NCBI GenBank assembly: GCA_001642005.1
Contig: LWCA01000014.1
Location: forward strand, 23,421 to 87,420
DNA: 64,000 nucleotides
DNA from: Intoshia linei
Taxonomy: Eukaryota; Animalia; Orthonectida
Direction of reading: 5' to 3'
The notes beneath the pieces were generated by a model. It saw only the letters and a program-made list of their open reading frames with translations, had not been told where the DNA came from and did no database searches. Each line of letters starts with the position of its first letter. Within the stretch, counting starts at the first letter, position 1. Shown piece by piece: positions 12,323-24,700 of the stretch. Position numbers and translations under genes: made by a program.

Positions 12323-15300
12323 ATGAAAAAATCTATATCAGAATCGTCCGATGTGGACATTATTCCAAAGAATGACGAGATTTCCCCACTACGAAAAAAA
12401 TTAATGATTGCTGTTATGACGTTTATTAATCTTTGCAATTTTGCAGACCGATTTGCGGTGGCAGGTATATTTAATTCATGTTAATTTAAATTTAATGTAA
12501 TCTAGGTGTTTTATCCGATGTAAAAATTCATTTTGGTACTAAAGACGCCGAGTTAAGTGATGGAAATACTGGACTCATACAAACATCTTTCGTCATTGTT
12601 TTTATGATAATGAGTCCTATTTTTGGTTATTTGGGAGATAGATATAACAGAAAAATTATTCTTATATTTTCACAAGTGTGTTGGCTTTTATCTACACTCT
12701 CGGCCACATATGTTCCAGATGGCGTAATTTTAATATTTATGAAATTATATTTTAAATTAGAAATTTATGATATTTCTATTTTGTCGATCTATGGTCGGTG
12801 TTGGCGAAGCCAGTTATGCAACCATTACACCTTCACTAATTGGAAGTATTTATTCAGGTACATCTAGAACTACAGCTCTTATCATGTTTAGTCTTGCAAT
12901 TCCTATTGGCAGGTATTATTTTTTCTACTAAAATTTACATTTAGTGGTCTAGGATATGTACTATCTTCACTATTAACCAGTCTTTTCGATAGTTGGAGAT
13001 GGGGTTTACGAGTTTACTTTGTTTTTCATATTTTTATTATATATTAGTTTTCCGGAGTTAATGGAATTATTGGAATTTTGTTAATTTTGTTTGTTATGAA
13101 GGAACCTACACGTACCACTACCGGTGATATAAATAACACCTCAAAATCTAGTTGGATATATGATATGAAATGCATTCTATCCAAGTATTATTTTAATGTT
13201 AATATGTAAATATCTTTTTAGAAAAACCTACATATTGACGACGCTCGGTTTTACATGTTTTTGTTTCATCGTCGGTGCTCTTTCTTTCTGGTCTCCACAC
13301 TTTATGTCCTTTGCGTACAAAATGCAGCATCATTCTGGAATTAAATTGTATGTTTATTAGTTAACTTTTAAATTATATTTAATAGAGTTCCAACCATATA
13401 TGGGATATTAACGTGTGCTGGAGGTTTAATTGGCGTTATTTTATCTAAAATATTACTAATGCTATTTGGGAAATATTCGAGATATACAGACTCTTATATT
13501 TGTTCATTTTCACTCCTTGGCTCTTTACCATTTTTGTTTTGTGCTATTTATCTTGCTGAAACTCAAATTATTGCGACTTGGGTTTGATTTTTGTTTAGTT
13601 ATTACATTTTTATATTGTAGATTTTGGTAGCTATCGGAATTACAATACTATGTCTTATTTGGGCTTTAAATACTGATATTTTACTAGTATCATTTTATAA
13701 TTAAATTAATTTTAACTAAAATCGAATTAGATGAGGTATTATATATTTCCATAATGTAACCAAATTTGTCTTTGTTATAATTAAGAATTATACTTATACA
13801 CTAAAATTATAGCACTGCAGTGGTCGCCAAACTTTTTTTTTTGAGGACCACCTTTCTAAATATTCTATAAAAAATTATTTTTTAATATCTTGAATATTAT
13901 TATTATTTTAAAAAATCTGTTTATAAATATATTTCAAAGTATCTCCAGTGGAAATACTCCACTCACTTTGGCATAAACTGCATTATAAAATAACAGTTTA
14001 TTATATGAATTTGTGTCTAAATTTATTTAAAAATTTTATATAGAAAGTAATTGAACCACAAAGAAGATCGGCAGCAGTGTCAACTCAAATTTTGATTTCA
14101 CATGCTTTTGGTGATGCAGGGTCTCCATACCTTGTTGGATTGGTTTACTATAATTAAACTAAAATATATATACATGGTTTCTCAACCGGGGTAGCAAAAT
14201 TTCTCATGGAGATCGCTAAAAGTTGAAATTAATTATATTTTTTTTAAATTTTCACAATTTAAATTGGAATTTACAAAATATATGATACAGTGGTTATTGA
14301 TTGTAAATTACAAATTTTTTTAAATAAAACCACATTTCAGTTTTGGTAGTTACATTGTGTAAATGAAAAAAATTTACGAATATATAAAAATAACGGAACT
14401 TACATTTTAAATATCAAAAAGTAAATAGTAACCCACAACAGTGCGGATCCAAGAGGCTAGTTAATGGGGTGCGAGCGAAGCGAGCAAAATATTTAATTTG
14501 CCGAAGGGGAAAAAATCTTTTAGGGCTTCTCTTTTAATATCAAGGAGTCTCGTTTAATTTCATTTAAAGGTTGTTATACAATAGTTTCCAAATTTGTATT
14601 TTTTCGCAAAAATAAAAAAATGATCAGCACAAAAAAAAAGAAATTAATTTTGTTCATTAAATAATCCTAAATCAATTAGGTCCAGTCTTCTTGGGTGAAG
14701 TATTGCAAATTCATTAACCAAATTTTCAATATCAAAATTATAGTCATAGTGGCAATTCATGAGGGCCAGTTCACATAACAAAAGGCATTATGTCACATTA
14801 TCAATTGTTCATGTAATGTTATGCGCCATATATATTGTTTTCATAAATTAAAAATTTTTTTAAAAAATTTAGGGGGTCAAACTGCACCTTCTGCACCCCT
14901 TGAATCCGCCTTTGCACAAATTGTTTGAATCACAGAATGTTCAGTGTTTTTATATTTTTTATATAAATATCATTATATCTGAAAAATGTAGAATATAAAA
15001 CAGTTTTATCATAAAATTAATGTAAAAATTCAAATTAACTAAATATAGAGAAAAAATTAATGGTAGAATTACTATTTAAATAATTTCATCTCATTCATGT
15101 CTTTTGAAAAGAATTGATAACATGAATGCAGCCAGAGCCGAACTATGATGCCTGAACTTCCTCGAAAATGAAAAATAAAACCGTAAGAAATTTTTTTATA
15201 AAATGATGATAAATGCCATATAGCTCTAGCCACCTCTGCAGGTGTATGGTCTTGAGTACGATAGGCTGGCTCTGAATATGTAAAGTGTAGTCCAAGTATA

Positions 15301-15941
15301 GTTACAAATTCAAACAATTTTTTATACAAATTTGTAATTATAATGTGAGAATGCACTCTAAATTGAAATTGAAATTGATTAAATACATTTTTAATATATC
15401 AATGATAAATTGAATTGGATGCTTGGATTTGAAATTCTCCGGAAAGTCACAATCATTAATTACAAGTAAACTAACGTAAAATTTTTACTTGTTCGTAAGG
15501 GGTCATAAGAAGCAAAAGGTTGAGAACCATGAATGTATTATATATTGCTTTTTTGAAATTACTGAAAATTTTATTGTTAACAATTTTATGTACTTTGTTT
15601 TTTAGTTTTCTGATTTAATGAAGAATTCGTACAGTTATAAGTCTCCAGCAATCGATTTTTTTTCATTACAATTTTCTTTATATCTCACATTACTGGCAGC
15701 TAGCTTTGGTGGAGTTTTATATTTTTGTACTACCCTCTTCATCGACGGTGAAACTGTTAATGTTGAAGAAGGTAATTTTAAAGTGGTATTATTAAATAAT
15801 TTTAGTCAAGCCAATTCTAAATAGTGATAGTGATGAGTCCCAACTGTCAAATACAAAATCAGTAAAAATTTTAATAAATTATTCTTACTATATTTTTAGA
15901 TCAATGAAACATCAAGTATGCTACCAAATTATGAAAATTAA
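12323..15941 (+). CDS. SPNS1: Spinster family MFS transporter
   Basis: Spliced translation: FINLCNFADRFAVAGVLSDV, GLIQTSFVIVFMIMSPIFGYLGDRYNRK, LFCRSMVGVGEASYATITPSLI, AIPIGSGLGY, WRWGLR, VIEPQRRSAAVSTQILISHAFGDAGSPYLVGL. Last exon 15900-15941. Confidence 0.92.
14173..15531. mobile_element. Degenerate hAT-type element in Spinster intron, with a nested element
   Basis: TIR-like ends CATGGTTTCTCAACC / GGTTGAGAACCATG; TSD not preserved. Confidence 0.6.
14439..14914 (-). mobile_element. Internally deleted hAT element (ZMYM1/THAP12-like transposase C-terminal remnant)
   Basis: Ends CAGTGCGGATCCA / TGAATCCGCCTTTG. The minus strand at ~14675-14775 encodes ELALMNCHYDYNFDIENLVNEFAILHPRRLDL, a typical hAT C-terminus. 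Confidence 0.7.
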
Positions 15942-15962
15942 ATTTATTAAATATAACAATTT

Positions 15963-17074
15963 TTACGAGTCCCAAGGTCTCCAAATAGACTTTTGTGTAA
16001 TAGATTTTGTTTTTATTTCAATTGGTTCAGTTTTGGTAAATTCATCAATGGCGTGAAATGGGTGGACTATGCTGTATTTAGAGTTTTTAAAGTGGTTTAA
16101 ATTTTCATTTAACGATTGAAAAGGGCAATTTGTGTGGTTAATAATTTCTTTGAGGTATCGAACAAGGTTGATGCGAATTTCATTATTGATTGATTCCATT
16201 TTTTCAAGATATCTATTAACTTGATCCGTGCAGTCGTTAAAACCAGAATGATATTTCAAGTGCAAATTTGTAGTGTAATTTTGAACGTCTAAAATTTGAA
16301 TATAATTCAAAAACTCAATAATAGCTGTCAAAAATTTTTAAATAGTTAGTGGTCACTTGTCACATAATTATTAAATTTGCTGATGGGCTAACCCCTAGCA
16401 CTCTAGTCATTAGATTTATAAGGTTATCTGTTAAAATTTGATCTTGCGTTTTGAATGGAGGGTGCTTGCGTGTCATGTTTTGTCTCAAAAATATATTGCT
16501 CGCACGCTTTGTTGATAATGTTAATTTTGACCTTGAGCACTTTGCGTGTTCTTATTTAGTTTAGAATTTTATAACTTATTGTAGTTCAATTGTTATTTTG
16601 ATTACATTTTGTTTGGGTCATTCACTGGAATGCATACATTTTAATATATGTCATCGCAAGTACATCTCGATATAATTGTTAAATATTTATAAAACTGCTT
16701 AATATTACCTGATTCACTTGCATCAGAATAACTGCAGTTTTGACAGTGTTCTGACTTTAATTTATTGTTTTGTAATGATCGCATGTGTTTAACAGCTAAT
16801 TCCAAAATATCGGCCTTTTCAAGTTTTGATTTGGATAACTGGTTTTTGTTTATTAATTCATTTAAATTTATTTTACCTCTTTTTTTATAACATCTGTAAG
16901 TAAACTTTTTAGTTGGTTCAGAGATGAGTTTATTCGTGCTCTACGCTTTTTCTCCATGATAGGTTTTGATATCTATATTCAAATTTAGGTTTATGTGGTG
17001 TTACCTTTCAGGGACAATAAAATGATTCTTACATATAAATATTTAATATTATGGAACGGTTTAGAAAAAATCAT
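15963..17074 (-). CDS. HES: Hairy/Enhancer-of-split (HES) bHLH-Orange repressor; first exon/start uncertain
   Basis: b[28 protein letters not shown]...[16 protein letters not shown], Orange domain [17 protein letters not shown]-terminal WRPW(DS). The start at 17074 is tentative. Confidence 0.93.
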
Positions 17075-19267
17075 AATAATACCGTTAAAGTTGGTTTAAT
17101 TTTATATTATTTTTCAAAACTTGGTTTGTTTTTATTGTAGGGTAACGAATAAACGATGAAAATTTGTTGGTCAAGTTTAACGTGTCCACGTCATGACTGC
17201 ATACATTTCGTAAATTATAAAATTTTTAATATTTAGTTGAGTAATGACTAGTAACTGCCAAATGAATCAAATACTTTTAACTTTGAGTTAATTCTATTAT
17301 TAATTTATTACGCGAATTGTTTTTTTATCTTAATTTCATTTTTGCAATTTTTTCGTCACCACTCTTATTAATGCACTATTATTTTATTAGAAATAATTGC
17401 CTAATAAAACGTCAATGATAAAATTTTTAAATGTATTTAAGATACCATCACGTTTTGATTAATTAATTAGAGAATTAACATAACTACGTAAATAAATAAA
17501 ACTTGTATAAACTAACAAGCCCACGGCTGTGGATTTGGCTAGGGTAATATTAGAAAAATTTTTCATTTTCTCATAATTATGTTCTATTGATACTACTATG
17601 CAGTCAGGGCCGTGTAGAGGAGTTAGGTCACATGACCCGGCCAACTATTTTAATTTACAATTATTTTATGTAATTAATAGGTAATGTTGAAAAAGTTATG
17701 ATGAATAATGCGATTTCCAATTTTTAGACAACAAACAATTGAGGAAAAATGTATAAACGTTCCATTTTTAAAAAAAAATTTTGTGTAGTTTGCCCAATAT
17801 TTTTATAGATTTTAAGTAATTTTGTTTTTTAAATTTTCTAATAATAAAATAAAAATTATTTTATAGTGATAAAATGTGACCCTTATGAATAAAAGGTTGA
17901 GAACCTCTAGGATAGCGTATACATTTATTTATATATAGCTTCATAATTTTTATCTGACCAATCCTCCTGTTGTTCTGCACAATGCATTTAAAGTTTATTA
18001 CATTGAACATCAAATGATTTTTAAAAAGAAGAAAATATTAGAAAACACCTCATTTGTCATTATTTTTATTTTAAATTAAATATACCTTAATCATATTTTT
18101 CTTTATTTCTTTAGAATTAAAGGACATTTTATATTCTCAACTGAATTTTTGAATTAGCGTCAATTCAATTTTATGTTTTTTTAAATACACAATGTATGAC
18201 AATTTCTAAAAGAATGGGCGTGATATTATTATTTTTATGCATTGTGATAATACAATAACGATTGGATGCAGTGTTGATTTTTCAGTTATTTTTACTTTAT
18301 GTATATTTTTACTAAAAATTACAATTCACATACAACAGGACAACGCTTGCACGTGTTAAATTCAACCAGGTGTGTTGAATTAATCTTTCCATTATTTAAC
18401 AATGAAATTGTCATTTTTGATTTATATTAGTATTTTTTATTAAAACTTTGATAATAAATTACCTTTAGTAGTATAATTATATTTTGATTCAAAAATTGAA
18501 TTGAATGAATTGATACATGTTATGTGTTTTCATATAATTTAATCAATCATAAATTTACGGCGCAATATGAAAATTATTATAAATGTTAATTGCTCGATAT
18601 GATAACTTTTTTATTTAAGCTAAGTTAGAAAAATTTTTTTTAGACTAAGTTAGAAATCAAACGGGCAGTAACATAAATTAGTATCACTATCTTCACTAAT
18701 TGATCTATTTTGACCATTAATAACATGATATGATGGATTGGCCCAGCAACAGCTACGACTCAGATAACGGCTCGTAGTCCGTGTCTATAAAATTCGAGAA
18801 TACGGGTTAACGAATTTTTTTTAATTGTTAAAGAGTGATATGAGTCGGCATAATTAATGTTACATTTAAAAAAATTTAAATATGTGATAATTAATTATAG
18901 GTTTTTGTATCGGTACTGATTCTACATCATTAATGAGTCTGTTTAATAGTTAATTTGTATGAAATTAGAGTAGTAATTGGTTATAATTTTCTAAATGAAT
19001 TTGCTAAATAAAAAATTTGAGTAATGAACTTTTTTACAACCACTGACGGAAATATTGGAGAAATGCCATTCCGTAAAGGGCTCTATGTGGATTACCAAAA
19101 ACAGTTTTCATGTAAATATAATTTGTCAACTAAATCAGGCGATTTCAAAACTTTAGGGATAAATGAAAATGTTTCACTAATTCGGTTTTTGGAGTAAAAA
19201 GATATTTATTCATTTTTTGATTAACAAGTAAATTAAATTCATGGACTATATTGATATGTATCTTTTC

Positions 19268-19506
19268 CAGGTCTGTGGAGAGGTCTAGGGCCATACGGCC
19301 CAGGTCTACAATCATGGGGATGTAGGCGTACTTTTTAAAATTATTAATAGATCATATTTAAAAATTTCTTAAGTATACCAAAATTATCGTATAATAAAAT
19401 GTTATGCAATTTTTAATTTTTAGATAATGAACTATTGACTAAGCAATGTATATAGGGCCTACAATTTCTATCTGGTGTGGCCTACTGTTGCCTCTGCACA
19501 GCCCTG
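19268..19506. mobile_element. hAT-type MITE
   Basis: CAGGTCTGTGGAGAGG / CCTCTGCACAGCCCTG termini; imperfect TSD ATCTTTTC / GTCTTGTC. Confidence 0.7.
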
Positions 19507-21129
19507 GTCTTGTCAGTAATCTAGATTGTGAACCGCCTGATAGCTCTTGAAGGAGACAGTGGAGAGACTACTGCCACCGACCAGTAGCCATAAAAAACGT
19601 ATTAAATGTAGGATACCTAAAATCTATAATTTTTTATCTAATATCTGAATTAACTAATCAATGATAAAAATTTTAGAATAGTCAGGATGTAATAATATGA
19701 TAAACCGTTATATTAAAATAAAGCAATATCAGTATTTTAAACATTTTAATGAAATGATATGTTGGAATTGTTTTTTTATAAATCAAGCCTGTGGTCGTAG
19801 TATTCTGTTCTATCATAAGTGCATTTGTGTTCATATAAATATTATACATTGCATAACTGTTTTGAAATTATTGATAATTTGAAATATATGATGAATTAAG
19901 CACAATAAAAACATTTATCTCCAATAAACTTTAAAGTCTTTACATGTCATTTTAATTATTTAATTAGGAAGAATACGGTGATATATCAAATTAAGTGTGT
20001 CTGAATAATAAATTTATAAATCATTTTGACATGATACAAATATACCAGGGTAAATTATAAAATGGTGATATCATTTTTGCTGTATTACCTGCCATTGTTT
20101 TTAAAGTCATGTGTGCTGGCGTCATATTGGTACAAATGTTAAGAAAAGCGGCGCCATTAGTGTAATGAATGTAAATTTGTGTTGTTAACAATTAAAACAG
20201 TTTGTGTTTAAAAATATGTACGCTACATTCGGTTAATTCAATTCAAATGCATCAAACCTTTAGTCTAAACTTTAGATGAAAATTTAAAATAATATTACTT
20301 AAACGGTAAAAATATGCTATGAAGCACTTAATGCATTTAAAACTATAAATAACGTACTTAAATTTTATTTTTGTTTAATAAAACATAAAAGGTTATAAAT
20401 GACTGAAAATAGCATTATTTATGGATGGCAGGATAAATCACCGCAATTTCAGCAAATATGATAATGGTGAGTTTGATGTCAATATTTTTGTACTATATAG
20501 TTTTCAATTGATTCATCTTTTGTTTATTACATAAATCTTGATGGAAGTTCTAAAGAAACTTAAAGTATTTCCAAATTGCATCGCCAATTGTATTTGACGT
20601 TTTGACTATTTTCATTTGCAATAATTTACAACTTTAATTTAACCATTGTTATTTACATTTTTGGAACATGAGTTTGGCCTAGTTTATTGTAAATAATGGC
20701 AAATAAAATACAAAATATACAAAAAGTGGCTTCAACCATTTTGCATAAGTGGACCAAACGAAAATTTTATAACTGATTATAATCATCAAATTTAAAATAA
20801 ATACATTAACGCTGCGTTTATTCAGCCCATGTTTAAAATTGTTGGGAAATGTAGGATTCACAATTGGGAAACACATACCTGTAAATATACGAATATTGAA
20901 GGTCTGAGAATCATTAATTAAATTGTCATGTAAACATTTTTAACCCGAGTATTAAGTAAGTTTTATGTGTTAAGAGGGAAAAATTGAAAACCTGCTGTAT
21001 ACCATTCACTTAAACCCTAAGTCTTAGGGTTTAAATTCATTTTACATAATTTAAAATGTGTTTTAAAAAACATGACACGTTTATTGATTCGTTATTTTGA
21101 CCTGTTCTACGTTTAGTTACTTATTCATT

Positions 21130-21500
21130 TTAAAAACCTATTATTCTTTTTCTTAACGTCTTCATTATAAATTCACTTATAGTTATAGCTCTCATTGAAA
21201 ATCTGTCATTACACATCAGTTCAACTACGAACTTCTGCCGAATTTTGATTTTTATAAATTGAGATATTTATCTTATAGTTATACAAATATATCCCTAACT
21301 TAACAAACTAAATAAACAATCATATTTTGTGTTGTAATATTTTCAGGCCTACCAAGGCCCAATATACAATTCAGCATGTCATTTTTTTAAGACTTACACA
21401 CTGCTTTATCACCTTTAATTACATATTTTTACCAAATGTTGAATATTTATTATTTTTTAAGTTTTCCAACAATTTTTTTCGTCAAGTCCCCGAAATGATA
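21130..21500 (-). pseudogene. Degraded BED/hAT transposase fragment
   Basis: Minus-strand pieces KGDKAVCKS and VVELMCNDRFSMRAITISEFIMKTLRKR resemble hAT N-terminal segments; interrupted by stops and frameshifts. Confidence 0.35.
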
Positions 21501-21797
21501 AAAATCCAAAGAATTTTAACCTGGTATTATTCTCCAAACACAATCACTATATGGAATAATGTGTATATAGAGCTCTACTAGGATTATATTTTATGGGCTC
21601 ACTTTTGGCTCTTCACTACCTGTATATAACAATCATGTCATATATCTTTCCATCGTTAGTTATAATTAAGAAATGCATTCATTTTACTTACTAAAACGAT
21701 TGATCAAAATATTGTAATAAAATAAAACAAAACAATAACTTGGAAACTCAAAACACGATAAAACCATGAATATTTATTAAACGGTAAGAAATTGAAT

Positions 21798-24700
21798 ATG
21801 GAGACTCGTCGTAAAATAAGGTAATACTTATAAATAATTAATTTACATTGGTTAAAATAAAAAAATATGTTAAAATAAACTAAGGAATATTTTAACAAAA
21901 ATATATGTATAATAAATTTTATCAACTCAAATAGTTTTTAAGAAATAAATGCAAATAATACAGTAAAATATTGTATTTCTGAACTTCTGAAAATGATGAA
22001 AGTGTGAATTTCTCACTCTAGGGCATTGGTTATCAACCTTTTTGTGTTCGCGACCCTTTTTATAAACATAAAAAATTTTCGCGACCCAAAAATTTTCTAT
22101 ATACTCCAAACATCTTATCAATTAACACAAATAAATATATTAAAAAAGCATATTCAGTTTTATTTATATTTTATACTGTGTTCAAATTTTCACGATCCCC
22201 CTGATAAATTTTTCGACCTCCCTAACAGTCGCGATCCCCCGGTTGAAAACCACCGCTCTAGAATAATATAAAAATTGTGGTATTTTTCAAATATTGAAGA
22301 TTCAGAACGATCCAAGGTCATTTTCAAATTAAATTTATTTAAAAAAACTCTCACTGAATTATTGATATTAATGTAAATTTAAAGTTTGTGATTCAAATCG
22401 TATTACAGAAGTCTAATTATTAATTAATATGTACAAACATTTAACTTTAAATAAATAATTGTTAAAAATTAAAGTGTTTCATATTTACCATTTTTATTAA
22501 TTATATACACAGATATGAAAGTGCCGAAATGAAATTAAATCAAAGCTTAATGATGGCAAAAATCGTATGTATTTACAAGTTGTAGTATAAATTAAAATTT
22601 TACTATGTAAATAAGTAGTGACCAAAGTTTTTAATACATGCATTGTTTGTATAATAATAGTTTGTGAAGTCATTACACTTATTATATTTGATCTTAAATT
22701 TTATAATTCAAATAATATAGATAATATTTTTAAGGATTCCAATGAACCCTAAAATACCAAAACTTTTAAATACCTTTACTTACATGTTAATAAAGATTTA
22801 AATTTAAACAGTTTCAATAAAACAATAATATTCATATTGCAGAGTTCACAAATAAGACAGAATTGGCCGCAATTTATGAGCTTTTAGCCGGAAATAAAAC
22901 TACACCACTTTTATAATCTATGTAAATAAAATTTTAAGTAAGTATTTTATTAAGTAATTAAAATAAAATGTAAATAAAATTGTATCATACTTTTAAAATT
23001 AACTAAAATTAGCGATTTATTTTCCGAACCATTTTAGAAAATTGTTTAGTATTTTTTTATTGATTAAATGAAAAAAAACTCCCCGGCCGGGATTTGAACC
23101 CGGGTCACTCGCGTGACAGGCGAGTATACTTACCACTATACTACCGAGGACATATTATCTTTTAAATTGTAATCTATATTAAATAAATATGCATTACTTA
23201 ATAAAAAGTTTACGATGCACTTGAAACTCATCAGTGATGCGCGAGGGTGGTCTATTTGCTGGTAACATTAATTATTTGCTATTTTTTTGTAATACATATA
23301 CATAAATGACTAATTTGTAAAATATAAACTGAATGCAAGCTTTTTTGTGAGACTCAGAAATTTTTACATGTAAGTTTCAGAACTAAGTACAGTAATACTT
23401 TGCTTAATGAACTCCCGCGTTAACGAACAAATTAAAAAACACAAAAAACTAGAATAATGGGCGAAAATAACCTTTTAAATATGCCAAAACGAACGGAGAA
23501 TGATACTCTTGCTCAACGAATAAGATCTCGGAACGAATTGGTTTGTTATAGTGAGGTATTACTGTACTTGGAAACAGGGATTTTTTCTTTATGGTTGCTA
23601 AAATTTTGTGTTTTTTATTTTATGGTTGGATTAAGAGTTATTGATAGTAAGCTTTGATAAAATCGAAGTTTTCAAAAAAATGTAGAAAAAAATATTTTAC
23701 CTCAACTTAAACCTTAAGGCTTAATTTTTGAAATATTAATTTAATTTTTTATGTTGTGGTTGGATTAAAAAAATTTTTACATAAAAGGCTTGAAACAGTA
23801 TTTTTTATTAAATATTATTAAATGTCATTAATGGTAGGATAAAAGTAGGATTTTAAAAATAATAATTTAGCGCTCGTCTGGGCTTTGAGATAAAATCCCA
23901 ACACCTGACTACTCTGCAATAATGTAATTTACAAAAATAAATAAATTTAATAATTTTGCTGGTATTAATACAAGCACGTTCTGGTAACACTTTTGGTGAT
24001 GCGTCGATTTATAATTTAAAATTTAATTATAGAAAATTGAAAACGACATAAAAATTGAATCATCTGATATACTAAAAAAGTTGGATAGTTTGAGAATAAA
24101 TGCAAAAAATGAAATGGAACACATTAGTTTAAATGTATTATATATTATTTTATTTTTATATTAAAGCATATACAATTTAGTATAAAAATTGCGAATTGAG
24201 TGAAATTTACAATATTAAAGATAATATAATAAATTGTTATCAGGAATATAACGAAAATATATCAACTCTTTTAAAATTTCATACAGACTTGGAAAAGAAA
24301 AGATTAATAGATATAAAAAAATATTTTCAATGGTTTTATGTCAAAGCAGTACGCTAATTCTTATTATTTATTTTATATTTTATATTATTAATTATATTTA
24401 TTATGATATACAATTTTGAAAATTTAGATTAAAATTGCTTATCTCACCGAAAGTGAAATTCGCTCCTTAATAGAAAGTAGAACTCAAGTAATTACATTTT
24501 TTTATTTGAGATTTTGAAAAAAAATTAATTTTAGAAAATTAATATACATTTAATAAGTAATAAAAGATATTATTATGATATAAATTACGCATTAACTTCA
24601 ACAAGTATATATGAAGAGAAAAAACTGATGGATGAGTGGGAGAATATCAAAAAGAAATGGAAAATATGCAAAATTGATACCATTATTGAAAATTTTGAGT

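Noticed and set aside
15072-15356. 94-aa ORF antisense inside the Spinster intron
   Set aside because: Lies within a TIR-bounded element and has no recognisable domain; treated as TE-internal sequence.
15963-15985. HES ends WRPWDS rather than WRPW
   Set aside because: Short extensions after WRPW are known (vertebrate HES1 ends WRPWRN), so this is not unusual.
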